DNA from: Rhynchobatus australiae | Taxonomy: Eukaryota | NCBI GenBank assembly: GCA_034780895.1 | Contig: JAUZTB010000017.1 | Coordinates: 33,743,737 to 33,807,736 of the forward strand | Direction of reading: 5' to 3' | Length of the DNA: 64,000 bases | Part shown: positions 50,271 to 63,720 of the stretch, in pieces | Layout: every line of letters starts with the position of its first letter | Numbering within the stretch: position 1 is the first letter of the stretch | Position numbers and translations under genes: made by a program | Notes under the pieces: generated by a model | Seen by the model: only the letters and a program-made list of their open reading frames with translations | The model's database searches: none | What the model was told of the DNA's origin: nothing

Positions 50271-53200
50271 ATCCACTGGCTGAAAAGCACTTTGGAATGT
50301 CTTCAGGATGTGGAAGATGCTCTCATTATCCACTGACTGACTGGCTGACTGACTCACTAACTTAAAAGTCTTTCACAGAACCAAATCTTCCATTCCTTAG
50401 GACATCTATCTGATTTCTTTGCAATAACATTACTCTGTCCTCTGCCCAAGTCACTGATAATAAACTCACTGTTTATACAAAGCAAAAGAAATAGCACAAC
50501 AGGCTCCTCCACTTTGCTGGATTGCCTTTTCACTATCATGTACTGCTCTGTTCCACTCTCCTCTGTCCCAGACAAGCTGACAGCTCCCAGTGCAGATCAG
50601 GAAAGCAAAACATCAAACCTCATTGGCCGTTCCACAGTCTGAAGATGTGAGGTAAGCAACCTAGGCAGTGGCATCTGGAAAACCGGCAGTGGCTTAAAAA
50701 CTTTTATTCTCCATTATTATCAATCAATGGAGTGATGCAACAACAAATTGGATTAACTGACTGCTGGCAAGAGACAGCATAATGTGTTTAAAGCACAGAT
50801 ACACAACAACACGCTGGGGGCTAGAAGTAAGTACTTTGATCTGTTATTGAATAATATATGTTCCGAGTTCAATGCATAGATATTGTTTAATTGAAGTACT
50901 AGCTCTGCTTCCATCCCCTTTCTCACACAAAGTGGATGACAAAATAATAAGCAATTTTACTACATACTTTTGCTTGAAATTGGAATGGAGTATTTTAACG
51001 AAGAGTTTTATTATTTAAAGAAAGAGATGGTAATAAGAATGAACTGTGCTTTGCTGAAATCATCAAATCCCAATTAAGAAGATTTGCAAGAAGTTTGGTC
51101 AAATATTGCTCTTTAGAGAGAGCACACTGAGTAACCTGAGAACCTATTTTCTGCTGTGTGTAGAATTCAACAACAAAGGGCCTGAGAATGGTCAGAAGTT
51201 ACAATGACATTTTTTCCTGTTTAATCTTTTCCTGCTGTTGTGTGGTTCTTAAGATCTTTAACATGAGCTTATAGCAATGTAAGCACTCATTGCCCTGAAT
51301 CGTATTAAGAATCCTTCTACTTGGTTTCTTAGAATTGTTGCAGCATAGAAAGAGGCCACTTGGCCCATTGAGACTATTACCATGCCTTGTACAGTATCTC
51401 TTTAGTCTTAGTTCTCTTCCCTTCCCAATGGCTCCACAAATTATTCTCCCTAAAGTGCCAAGCAAACTCTCTTTCAGAGTCAATAAACTAGCAAACTCTT
51501 TCCACCCCACTTACAGGCAGTGAATTCCAGATTATAATTGCAGTTTGAGTTAAAATGTTTTCCTCTTGTATCTAATGCCCAAAGTTTTGAATCTTTTCCA
51601 GATCACTGAGCCATCCTATGGACTAATGATAGCTCAATGACCTGGAACAATGGAATAATTGAACACTAATGGAAGCAGTTATCCTCTATCTACCATAATC
51701 TAAAATAGCCGTGATCCAAAAAAATCTCCATCAAATGTCCTCTCAAACTTTTTGTTCCAAGGAGAACAATTCCAGCTTCTTACTTCTAACTTGAAATCCT
51801 TCATCCCCAGAACCAGTGTAATAATTATTTTCTGCACTTATGATTACTTTTATNNNNNNNNNNNNNNNNNNNNNNNNNNNNNNNNNNNNNNNNNNNNNNN
51901 NNNNNNNNNNNNNNNNNNNNNNNNNNNNNNNNNNNNNNNNNNNNNNNNNNNNNACTTTTATAAGTGTGGTGACTAGAATCTTTTACAGAGGCGGCATAAT
52001 ATTTGCACTCTATTTTTTAATTTACGAATATGTTTAACATGTTCTTCCAGTTTCAAGGATCTGTGTTGATATTCACTCAGGTAAATCTATTCTTGCACAC
52101 CTCTGGAACATGTAGTTTAGCTTGGATGCAGAGATGGCTCACCACTGATTCAACAGAAAAATACCAGTCATGCTAGATGCTTTTTTTAAAAATTGGAAAA
52201 AAATCATTAAATTAATTGAATTTTTTGGAATATCTTTATTAAAAATATGAAAAATATGGAACTACTGTTCATGAATAAAAACATAAGTGCACTGTGAAAA
52301 TAAAAAAGTAAACAAAAGGCTTACCTCAATATACCTTTCATATGAAGGTCAGCAAACCCATTCAAATGAAGGAGATGAAGCAGCTTTGAGTGGCATAAAG
52401 CTGAGGGTCAGAGATGAAATGTATCCTTCCCCTTGGCTTGCCATCTGATTCTCATTTCACTTTTGGAATTTACCATTGAGGGTATAACGTTAATTGCTGA
52501 GCCAGGAGGCTCTAATTACTGTTCTAGTGTCCATTTCTTCCCACTAACTTCAGCATCTTAGTGGGGAGATTACTCAGCCTGGGTGCTGCGAAATCTGCAA
52601 AGTTCATGAAGTGCAAGAGCAGCCAGCAGCACAGTGGAAGGTGCCACTACAGGTTTAAGTGCACAGAAGGGATAGACATTGAGATTTCCATTGAGAAACA
52701 CAGGTGATCAAATGGAGCACTGGCATCCACTACAAAATCCAACTCAATGTCCTCAATGTTTAGGCATTCAAAATAACTGCAGCTGCTGGAAACCTGAAAC
52801 AAAAACACTAAAAGTGCTGGAAACACTCAGCAAGTCAGGCAGCATCTGTGGAAAGCGAAACAGAGTGAGTTTCAGAACAAAGACCCATTGGCAGAACTAA
52901 TTTGATTCACTCTTTGATGATAGGTTCTTTGCTGTGAAATACAAACTAGGAAAGCAAATTAAAGAGAGACACAAAAGACTGCCAATGCTGGAATCAGGAG
53001 CAGCACACAAAAAGCTGGAGGAACTCAGCCAGTCAAGCAGCATCGATGGAGGGAAATGGAGAGTCGGTATCTTGGGTCGAGAATAATTAAAGAAAGACTT
53101 GCCCTTCTCCAGTGTCTTTGGAAACCCCAGGAGCATCAGTCCCAAGTTGCTCCCATTCATGCGATACTATTGAAGTGTAATGTTGGAAATGCAGCAGACA

Positions 53201-53349
53201 ATTGCTTCAGTTTATGAGATGTTAATAAATATGCAACTCCATCAAAGGAGATCTTTGGCCAAGGGAATGAAGCAGAATTACTATACCACTCACCCAGAGC
53301 CGGTACCACTGTGGATACATAATATGGTCTAAATTAATAGGACACCATC

Positions 53350-53692
53350 GAATCATGAAAGCTAGCCCTTCAGCCCAACTCATCTATGCTGACTGTCGTT
53401 GCCACCAAGTTATTCCCATTTGCACACATTTGGGCCATATCCCTCTAAACCCCTCCTAACTATGTACTTATCGAAATGTCTTTTAAAAGTTGCTATTGTA
53501 CCTACCTCAACCAATTCCTCTGGCGGCTCATTCCATATACATGCCACCCTCTGCGTGAAGTTGCTGCTCATGTCCCTTTTAAATCTTTCACCTCTCACCT
53601 TAAACCTATGCCCTCCAGTTCTTAGTTCCACTTCCCTGGGGAAAAGACTATGTGCATTCACCCTATCGATACCTCTCATGATTTTATCCACC
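53350..53692 (-). mobile_element. CR1 LINE 3' end
   Basis: ORF 53410-53694 KIMRGIDRVNAHSLFPR...GHRFKVRGERFKRD..FTQRV..IWNE.PEE.VE.GTI.TFKRH.D. Confidence 0.88.
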
Positions 53693-53944
53693 ATGTGTCA
53701 AGTTAGGACCAGGAGGTGAGTAAGAAGACAAGACCCCATTGTGTGCTACAGGCAAACTATCAACTCACTGAGTCCGGGCATCTTGATGTTAAATTTGCTC
53801 AAAGTGAGTCAGCCCTCATTGTGGGTTTAGCATGGCGTCACTCTGTGTTGCGTTCGAAGGTCACAGGTTCAAGTCCCCACCAAAGAGATTATAAATGATT
53901 TCAGGGTGAGTAATAAATTTGTTCCCGGACATAATTGAAAATGT

Positions 53945-54955
53945 CCACCGGAGAGGACAGCCAGGGCCTCAATACAGCATTCCTCCTGAAAGACAGAACA
54001 CCTGACAGTGCAACACTCCACCAGTACGGTGCCAATGCAGTGCTTTCTTAGCTCAATCCCTCCAACAGCGTTGTACTGTTCCCACAATACTGCTCTTTCA
54101 ACACTGAAGCACTCCATCAGTTGGTAGATGTGGCACTTCCTCTCCCCTGCCCCTTCAACAGATAAATATTTTGTCAAGACTATCTCTCAGACCGTGAAGA
54201 TTCCTCAGTACTTACCCTCCGACCATGCAAGGCTCCTTCAATATTGCTTCTGTGGTGGGGTGGTGCTCTTTGAGTCCTGTTTCTTCAATAGTGCAGCACT
54301 TCCACAGTATGGCTTTTACCCAGAATTGCCCCTCTATCAGTATGGAGCATTCTATGTACTACTCTCTAGTCAAGGCAGATCTCCATCAGTTTTGCCACTC
54401 TGATAGTGTGGTACTTCATCAGTATAGAATCTTTGACAGTGCAGTTCTCCTTATGACTAACCCTCTGACAATGCAACATTCCCTTAGTACTGCCCTTCCA
54501 TTAGTGCAGCCCTCCATCAGTGTAACTCTAACTCAATACTGGCGCTCTAATGCACCTCCAAAACCCCTGTGCCTTCTGGTACTGTCTATCCACAGCACAG
54601 CCTTCTCTCAGTTCATCCTACATTGCAGTGGATCCCTGCAGCAATTCAGTGTTCCATCAGTAATGTGCCTCCAACAGTGTGGCACTCCCTCAGCATGCCT
54701 CCTCTAGCACAGAAGCACTCCTTCAGGACTACTCTGAAAGTGGACCTGCTTCAGTACGCCCTCTCCAATAGTGCAGTAACCCCTTCCATAGTGCAATGCT
54801 TCCTTGGCACTGCCCCTCTGACAGTGTTGTATCCCCCTCAGTCCTGGTCCTGTGAGTATCAGCCCGAACTTTTGTACTGAAGTATTTTGGGTGGGACTTG
54901 AACAAATGGTTTGTCTCTCTGACCGAGAGGCAAGAATAAAAGATGTCACACCCTT
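53945..54955 (-). mobile_element. SacSINE1/Deu-domain SINE with an internally expanded degenerate tandem array
   Basis: Minus strand head TTCAAGTCCCACC...GGGCTGATACTC, then many variants of CAGTACTGAGGGAGTGCTGCACTGTCAGAGGG, then GTCTTTCAGGAGG..GAGGCCCTGGCTGTCCTCTCCGGTGGAC. Confidence 0.65.
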
Positions 54956-55147
54956 TGGACACAATTGATTGTTGTGTTAGAAGAGAATCAAAACTCATTG
55001 ATTTGAGAGAGGCATCCCTTTCAATTTTAGTAAACTTTTATCTATAGAAATAAACTAAAATTAAATATTGTGCCAGCCAATTCTTGGTATAAGATTTCTT
55101 CTTTTACTTATTCTCAACCTTAACGTCATAAAGCATATTTCTCATGA

Positions 55148-55470
55148 CATAGAAAGCTGTCCAGCACACTGAAACCATGACAAGTCTGAGAACAATATTT
55201 CCTCACCAAGTTCCCTGTAACCTATTCTCTCTCACTTGCCCATCAACTCCACCCTGATCCTCTTGCCACCCACCTACACTAGTGGTAACCTACGGTAGCC
55301 AATTAACGCACAAACTGGCACATCTTTGGCAAGTGGGAGGAAACCAGAGCACTTTGGGGGAAAACCCACACACTACAGGGACAAGGTGCAAACTTCACAA
55401 ACAAGGTATCAAACCCGGGTCAATGGAGCTGTGAGGCGGTAGTGCTACATAGTGTGGCATCGTGCTGCCC
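55148..55470 (-). mobile_element. HE1-like V-SINE
   Basis: GTGGGAGGAAACCAGAGCAC...AAAACCCACAC...TGCAAACTTCACA...GGAGCTGTGAGGC...GTGCTGCCC. Confidence 0.7.
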
Positions 55471-56159
55471 TTCTGTGAGGCAGCAGCACTACCCACTGTG
55501 CCACCCTATAACAGCAGTAACCAGAACATGGAGTAGCATCTTAATATTCAAGCTAGGCTCTTCAGAGAGGATCAAGGAGTATTCTTTCACATAGGGGAAA
55601 GGTGAAATTCTCTCCTCCAGTAAATTATTTAACCTGGGATTCTTGGACCTTTCAAGAATGAAATCAATAGTTATGTTGGGTAAGGATACTGAGGGCAATA
55701 GAGTAAAGCTGAGAAGATGGAAGGAACCACTCATCTGCATGGCCTCCATCATACAATCAGCTAACACTGGACAGAAACATATTACATGTCAGAAGACTTT
55801 AGCAGAGAATAAACTTACTGAAGAAACTCCTGGAGCTTCCAGCTTGAATCTACCAAATAAGTAACAACTTTGTTCCCCTTCAGAGTGAACTAGAAGTTCT
55901 GTGTTGAATGGGCTCAATAACATGTCTGGCAACAGGTGCTCTGGGAGTGATCACAGAGTGTGGAAGCACACTGCTGAGCTACATTGAGGGCCTGCAAGTC
56001 ATGTGAAGGATCGGATGGCTTCTGAAGTGATGGCCTTTAGTCTTTATTTAGAACAGTTGCTGTCTAGTTGCTAGAATAGTTGAAAAGCTGTGAGACTACT
56101 CAATGTTTCTTAATCTCTGACTGATTATAGCACAACACCCTATGAGGCAGAGATTGTGG

Positions 56160-56850
56160 TTCAGAGAGTTAACAACTTTTGCTCTGTGTCAAATGTTATG
56201 GATTCAAATCCCATTCCAGAAACTTAAAAGCACGTATCCAGGCTGACACTCCTATTACAGTGCAGAGGAAACATAGTATTGTTAGAACAGCACTACTGAG
56301 GAAATACTAATCTCTTGGGAGGGCCATACATTGGGAGTCTTGCTTTGTGGAGAAACTGTAGAGGGAGCATTACACTTACTGGAGGGGCAGTCCAGTGGAA
56401 GTGCTGTTCCTCGGGAATAGCAGAGAGAGTGCTACACCACCAGGGCGGCTGTATAGAAAGAGTACTGCAATGCCAGAGGGTTACACTGAGGGAACATAAT
56501 GCGCATCAGAGAGTGAAGGAGAACTTCACTGCCAGAGAAACAATTCCTTGGATGAAATGTTTAACCAAGACACAGTCTGCCTTACTAGGTGAATGTAAAT
56601 GTCCAAAGGGCATTAATTCAACAAACTGTCTCTGGTGACAAAGGTCCAACAATTCTTCCAAAATCAACATCAAGCATAGATATTCTGGTTATCAACTCAT
56701 GCCCTTGTGGAAGGAAACAAACTGACTGCTGTTTCCTCCATTATAACATCCAACACAATTCGACCGTACTTCATTGGTTGTGCAGAGGTTTGCGACAGCT
56801 TGGGGCTGTGAAAGGTGCTGCGGAAATGCAAGCCTTTCTTCTACTTCCTT
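56160..56850 (+). mobile_element. SacSINE1/Deu-domain SINE with internal tandem expansion
   Basis: GATTCAAATCCCATTCCAGA...AGGCTGACACTCC head, repeated ACTGAGGGA/GTGCTACAC units, GGATGAAATGTTTAACCAAG, and tail GTGAAAGGTGCTGCGGAAATGCAAG. Confidence 0.65.
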
Positions 56851-58429
56851 TCTCAGCACTTTATCATCTTCATACAGTGAGTCAAATTAATCCACAAAGG
56901 TCCTATCTAAAGCAGTTTTGAACTCTCAAGGGTAGCCAGGTGAGAGGAGAGGTCCCACTAACTGCTTTTTCTTTCAGAGTTTGGGAGCAAGAAACTAATG
57001 CAGTTTCTGCAAGTGGACAACGATCTGGAAATCTTACTTCTGTCGCTTCTCTAAGGCACAGATAAGATAACATATATTTCCGGACATGTTTTGTAAATGA
57101 TCTTTCTCACGATAGTGGTCAATTTCAGCAAAGATCTAATGAATCAACCTGCACCATGTCCTGTTCATCAATGACCTATGCAGCACCACACCCCGACTCT
57201 CTTAGTCTGGTATTTGCTTCTGTGGTCACTGCTAGAGAGTACTGGGCAAGATCCTGGTTTGCAGTCATTTATTTGGAGGTCATTTTATATGCGTAATTGC
57301 TTAGAAACTGGATTTTACCCTTTTTTGGTGTGCTAAGCATGTACTCAGGCAGCACTAATATTACTTGGATTTTCAAAACAAAATTAATGAAATTGGGCAA
57401 ATATAAATTAGAATCAGTGTAATCATGGTTTAGAATCATGTGCTAAAATGGGGCCCATGCAAGTCCCATCATAAGATGCATGATTGTAATTATCTATCAC
57501 ATTACTGCCATCATGACTGCTGGGAAAAGAGTTAGAGTTTAAAGAACCATCCTCATGGCAATCACAGTACAGCTGCAGAAAAGGCAGTGTGAATTTGAGG
57601 GAAAATATTTGGGTGGGGCCAGGGTGGGAGGGGGGTGGTCAATGCTGTCCTGAATGTCCAGTCACCTGATCTTGATATGGCACACTGACCACCCCACTGC
57701 AAGTGGCTCCAAGCCATTGTGAGGTGCAGGCTGATCAAGGGGCCAGTGATCGCAGCGTGCTGCTCAGAACTCTTTTGCACAAAGAGGCTGGGATCAGTGA
57801 AGGGAGCGCCACTGGTTCATCTTCCCATTGAAAACCGAGGTTGTCAGATCGTGTGTGACAGACATTGAAGTCATGCTGCAGTCCATTTCTGATCTTTGCA
57901 TAATGTGCTCCTGGTTTTCTGAAAGTGTACTGAGAAAATTGTAGGTTGTCCTAAAAAAAATCCACTCTCTGGCTACAGTGGAAGAACTTGGGCATCATGA
58001 CCTGTACATTATTAAGTATATAACTGAGGCCAGTCAAAGGTCAGCAGAAGTATGATCAGCCTTGGGTAAAAACACTATGTGCAAACAGATCCTGTTTTTG
58101 GACTAATCTGGTGTATGTAAATTAGAAAAGGCAGAAAACATTTCACTTTCTTCACATCATCAGAGTCACTTTTCTTGTGTGAAGTTTTTGATCACAGGTT
58201 TGTGATCTCCTTTTCAAGCCAATTTAGGTAAAAAAAAGCACAGATCTCCATTTGGATTCTCAGAGATGTGAAGCAAGCTTTAGAAAGGTAAAGTGACTGA
58301 TAACATTCTTCCAGGCTTTCTGCTTTTCAGAGCTTATCCAAACCATTGACAAAGATAATGAATAACAATAAATCTAACACAGCCTGCCATTCATAATAAG
58401 CCTTCAAAAGATGCAAGATATTTCAGGGC

Positions 58430-58785
58430 CGTGACAGGTTAGATGTTGAGACATTTCCACCAGTAAGAGAAGAGGACATAGTTGCAAGATTAGGGGATGT
58501 TTATTTTAAACAGAGGTTTGCAGAAATTTCTTCTCAGAGAAGGTGCTGAATCTTTGGAATTCTCTATCCTGGAGGATTATGGAGTCTAAATCATTGGGGA
58601 TACTTAAAGAGAAGGCAGAACATTTTTGAAAGATCAAGGAATTGAGGGCTATGGGAAACTGGCACAGAAAAGGAGATAAAGCTTGGGGTAAATCAGCCAT
58701 GATCATATTGGATGGTGGGGCAGACTTGATGGGCTGAGTGGCCTACTACTGTTCCTTTTTTTGTTATGTTTTTCTTATGTTCCTT
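58430..58785 (+). mobile_element. Old CR1 3' end
   Basis: RNFFSEKVLNLWNSL relic and TCAGCCATGATCATATTGGATGG...GGCCTACTACTG...TTATGTTCCTTAT tail. Confidence 0.7.
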
Positions 58786-59039
58786 ATTTGAGTGTATACA
58801 ACCAACTTTGGAGTCACCAAACATCTGTCTGCCAATCTCACAAATATACAGCCCTAATTAATAATCTTTAGTATGCCATTTTGTGAAGGACTTTTTGAAA
58901 GTAAGATAACCCCTAAAAGTGAGCGTGGGAGTCAAAACTTGTTTAACCTATGCCTGAGCATTGTGTTGTGGACAAAAGGATAAATCAGTCTTGCCTGTTC
59001 TTTTAAACGTTTGTTACTAAACTTAAGCATGATGCTAAA

Positions 59040-59772
59040 AGCAAAATACTTCAGATGCTAGGAATCCAAAATAAAACAGAAAATGCTGGAAGTGCTCAGC
59101 AGGTTAGGCAGCATCTGTGGAAACAGAGTTAACGTTTCGGGTTGATGGCCTATCATCAGAATGGGCAGCAGTGAAAGGTAATAAAAATAAAATGATCAAG
59201 GTGCAAAGAAAGCAGTCAGAAGAGGAGAGGACCAAATGGACAATCTGTGGTCCATCTAGGGTAGAGACCACAAGAGACAGAGCTATGAATTTGTTGATGG
59301 AGTGGACAGAAGGAGTAAAGGCCAGTGAATAACAAAACACAAGTCCAGGGAAGGTGCAAATGAAATTGAAGGTCACCAACAAAAGAAATTAAAGTTAGGA
59401 AATGTAGGAAGCTGTGGGATGAGGCTGGAACATTATGATTACCTGAAATTGCCGGATTCGGTGTTGAACCCAGAAGGTTGCATTGTGAGAGGCGGGACAT
59501 GAGGCACTATTCCTTGAGCTCACTTTGAGCTTTATTGGAGCATTGTCGGAGGTCATAAGTGGAGAGATTAGAGTGGGAGGGAGGATCAAAGAGACAGGCC
59601 CTTGGAAGCTCAGGGTCACCTTTGCAGATTGATCAAAGGTGTTCTGCAAAGTGGTCACCCAATCTGCTTGTAACTTCTGTAGTGTAAGAGGAGACTGCAT
59701 CTTGAGCACTGAATACACTACTATAATGGGAGAAGGACAAATAAGTAGTGGGAAAAATGTTTAGGCACTGTA
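59040..59772 (-). mobile_element. Penelope-like element relic (GIY-YIG C-terminus plus terminal repeat with hammerhead core)
   Basis: Frameshifted KLxEQxLxFRL..LQP.G relic. Minus strand CTGATGA...GAAACGTTAAC at 59126-59164. Confidence 0.65.
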
Positions 59773-61169
59773 NNNNNNNNNNNNNNNNNNNNNNNNNNNN
59801 NNNNNNNNNNNNNNNNNNNNNNNNNNNNNNNNNNNNNNNNNNNNNNNNNNNNNNNNNNNNNNNNNNNNNNNNNNNNNNNNNNNNNNNNNNNNNNNNNNNN
59901 NNNNNNNNNNNNNNNNNNNNNNNNNNNNNNNNNNNNNNNNNNNNNNNNNNNNNNNNNNNNNNNNNNNNNNNNNNNNNNNNNNNNNNNNNNNNNNNNNNNN
60001 NNNNNNNNNNNNNNNNNNNNNNNNNNNNNNNNNNNNNNNNNNNNNNNNNNNNNNNNNNNGGCAGCCTAAAAACCTATCCACTAATAGATTGGTGTGATTG
60101 CTGAACCACTGCCCTGGGAGAGCTGTGGTAGTTCCATGGGGCGCAGATCTGCTGCTGTCCTCTCCCAGACTGGCAGCATTCCTACTCACACCCCTACCAA
60201 CTCACCATAGCCTTGGTGTCATTTGTTAGCCAGATAGCCCAGACTAATGAACTGTAGACTGCAGTGATCAAGTCTAGAGCTAGTGGAGACTATCCTCCAA
60301 GACCATCTGGGCTCTCCTCACTTGAAGGTAGCACCACTGTCCATTCTCCTGTCGCTGGAGTAGCAAGTTGTGAGCAATCTAATTAATGCAAAGACACACA
60401 GGGGACAGACACAAAGGGAATGCAAACGGGATTGGTTCTTTATTTGTATGTATTATGTAAATGATTGAATTTCTAAAACTGAATTATAATCTATATATTA
60501 TGGTGTTTTTTTCCCATAATGCTGGACGGAAGGGAATGTGATAGCTGGTACCAGAGAATAGTAAGCAAAGCAGTTCTGTGGTAAAGGCAAGGTGTGGTTG
60601 GAGGTTAACGCTCTATAGTTATTTCATCATTAGGATCTGGACAGAAAGAAGTTGATAATACTGGTGGTCCTCTCCATCTGTATCCACTTCCCCTCCATCT
60701 CTTAAAAATCAGAAAAACTGCAAAAGCTGGAAATGTGAAATAAAAATAGATAAACCTGGCCATTCCATTTCTCTCAGCTGCAGCCTGATGCTGAAGGTTT
60801 TCAGCATTTTCAGTTTTTATTTTAGATTTCCAGCATCTGCAGAGTTCTGATATTCCCTTCTTTGGAACTGCTTGGCATCCTGAGAGTAAAAGCAGCATAT
60901 TTTGGAAACTCAATCTCCACTTCTTGTCTGACAAGCAATAGCAAGATGTATTCCATTATACCCACAAAACAGTGCAACGTCCAACCACAAACCTTGATAC
61001 CTGGTTACTGAGTACTGCAGAGTTGTTTTAGAGCAGTCAGGGCAGTGGAAGCTCAATAATGATCAATATGATAGCATGGCTCTGACCACAGGTCTTCTGT
61101 ATTTGTGATTCCAAGTTCCAGATTAAATAGTGAAACATGTCTTGTGTTGTCCAGAAGACGACCTTTGAC

Positions 61170-61460
61170 TTTTCTTAGTAATCTCTTTCACAACCTCAGG
61201 ATATTCTGGACTGTTTCACAGACAATAAAACTGTGCGAGATGTAGTCACTGTCGCAATACAGGAAACGTGGCTGTGAAATTACACACATACAGTAGCATT
61301 ATCTCACAAACAGCAATGAAATAAATGACCAGTAATCTATTTACATGATTTTGCCGAGGGATTGATGTTGGTTAACGCTGTAGGAATCTCTCAGTACTGC
61401 ACTGGAATTCTAGTCTGGATTTATATGCTTAAATCCCTATCGTTGGCATCTGACAATGCC
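61170..61460 (-). mobile_element. Deu-domain SINE relic
   Basis: Reverse complement has CCAGTGCAGTACTGAGAG head and CTGGTCATTTATTTCATTGCTGTTTGTG...GTTTCCTGTATTGCGACAGTGACTACA 3' part. Confidence 0.55.
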
Positions 61461-63145
61461 AGTATCCTGGTATCAACTCTACACGACTCATTACCATCTT
61501 CAGCAGTAAAAGAAAGATGCAAAGTAACTGCACCAGCACAGCTCGCCAAGTTGTGGAATTGTTTTCCCAAATCAGTGACTGCTGGAACATTTTGCTAGAG
61601 AATATTCTGTTGTACTTTATACCGATGAACATCTGCAGATGAAAAGCAAAAGGGCAGGCAAAAATAAATAAGTAACAGCCACCAATGACAAAGGGACTGA
61701 AAAGAATGTCAGTGAAAATGGAAGCACCTTGTCTGTAATGAAGTCTCTTTAAGGACTACAGCAGAAGGTATACTCAATCACTTAACGTGATGGATGTGCT
61801 CCATTGAAGTCAAAACCCCTTGACTTGGGTATGAGAAGCCTGCTGTTTATCTCTTTTAATGAGCAGTGAAAAACATGGGTGATTTTACTCCCATCCTTCA
61901 CTGTAAAAGGCAGGTGCAGCATGCCTGAAGCATGATCTGCATCTATCCATAAATAAGAACAGAACATGCAACAGGTCAGGAAGCATCTCTGGGAGAGAAA
62001 CAGAATTAATGTTTCGTCTTAGAGGCCTTTCACCAAAATGTCAATTCTGGTTCTCGTTACACAGACGTGCCTGACCTGCTGAGTGATTCCAGTAGTTTCA
62101 GTATTTATTTCAGATTTTCAGCATGTGCAGTTTTCTGATTTCTAAAGTCTATCTACAGCTGTTTTTTTTCTTGTTACTCATTAGCATCTCTCAGGAACAN
62201 NNNNNNNNNNNNNNNNNNNNNNNNNNNNNNNNNNNNNNNNNNNNNNNNNNNNNNNNNNNNNNNNNNNNNNNNNNNNNNNNNNNNNNNNNNNNNNNNNNNN
62301 NNNNNNNNNNNNNNNNNNNNNNNNNNNNNNNNNNNNNNNNNNNNNNNNNNNNNNNNNNNNNNNNNNNNNNNNNNNNNNNNNNNNNNNNNNNNNNNNNNNN
62401 NNNNNNNNNNNNNNNNNNNNNNNNNNNNNNNNNNNNNNNNNNNNNNNNNNNNNNNNNNNNNNNNNNNNNNNNNNNNNNNNNNNNNNNNNNNNNNNNNNNN
62501 NNNNNNNNNNNNNNNNNNNNNNNNNNNNNNNNNNNNNNNNNNNNNNNNNNNNNNNNNNNNNNNNNNNNNNNNNNNNNNNNNNNNNNNNNNNNNNNNNNNN
62601 NNNNNNNNNNNNNNNNNNNNNNNNNNNNNNNNNNNNNNNNNNNNNNNNNNNNNNNNNNNNNNNNNNNNNNNNNNNNNNNNNNNNNNNNNNNNNNNNNNNN
62701 NNNNNNNNNNNNNNNNNNNNNNNNNNNNNNNNNNNNNNNNNNNNNNNNNNNNNNNNNNNNNNNNNNNNNNNNNNNNNNNNNNNNNNNNNNNNNNNNNNNN
62801 NNNNNNNNNNNNNNNNNNNNNNNNNNNNNNNNNNNNNNNNNNNNNNNNNNNNNNNNNNNNNNNNNNNNNNNNNNNNNNNNNNNNNNNNNNNNNNNNNNNN
62901 NNNNNNNNNNNNNNNNNNNNNNNNNNNNNNNNNNNNNNNNNNNNNNNNNNNNNNNNNNNNNNNNNNNNNNNNNNNNNNNNNNNNNNNNNNNNNNNNNNNN
63001 NNNNNNNNNNNNNNNNNNNNNNNNNNNNNNNNNNNNNNNNNNNNNNNNNNNNNNNNNNNNNNNNNNNNNNNNNNNNNNNNNNNNNNNNNNNNNNNNNNNN
63101 NNNNNNNNNNNNNNNNNNNNNNNNNNNNNNNNNNNNNNNNNNNNG

Positions 63146-63279
63146 GTTTAACATTTTTACTTCTAACACTCTAACATTTTTACTTTTATTTTTCTTATTA
63201 TCATAAGTGGTTATTAATAAACTAGTTTTTAACACTTATATGGGTCTCGGTGTGTTTCTTTTGTTGCTTGTACATAACA
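63146..63279 (+). mobile_element. Probable LTR 3' end, same family as 14810-15190
   Basis: Reverse complement aligns closely with 14810-14936. Contains AATAAA and ends GTACATAACA. Preceded by a large N gap. Confidence 0.55.
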
Positions 63280-63281
63280 AT

Positions 63282-63720
63282 AGGAAAAGGGGAAGCTCAA
63301 TATACAGGAAGGAAAAGCAGAGCAGTGATAGGTGGACAAAAGAGGAGAGGTGAGGTGGGCACAAGGTGGTGATAGGTAGATGCAGATAAGAGATAGTGAT
63401 AGGCAGGTGCGGGGGCGGAGGGGAGAGCAGATCCACCGGGGGATGGGTCAAAGGAGAGAAAGGTAAAAAACCTAGAAAAAAGAGAGATAGGTTAGGAAAG
63501 GGAAGAAAAGAAGAAGCATTTTGAGGGGCGAGTTTTATGGGGAAGGGGGGTGGGGATTACTTAAAGTGGGAGAATTCGATGTTCATGCCATTAAGCTGCA
63601 AGGTTCCAAGATGGAAAATGAAGTGCTGTTCCTCCAGTTTGCGCTTGGAATTCTCCTGGCAGTGGAGGAGGCCGAGGACTGACATATCTGTGATAGTGTG
63701 GGAGGGGGAGTTGCATTCAC
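63282..63720 (-). mobile_element. Penelope-like element 3' end
   Basis: ORF 63557-63742 ends NSPSHTITDMSVLGLLHCQENSKRKLEEQHFIFHLGTLQLNGMNIEFSHFK, the typical Penelope GIY-YIG C-terminus, followed by a pyrimidine-rich 3' UTR. Confidence 0.8.

Noticed and set aside
50331-50361. (GACT)n tract
   Set aside because: Short degenerate microsatellite.
57300-58060. Slightly GC-richer block (also ~12600-12950 and ~22545-22860) as a possible exon or Harbinger-type relic
   Set aside because: No recognisable ORF, splice-site pair or matching termini that I could verify by eye.
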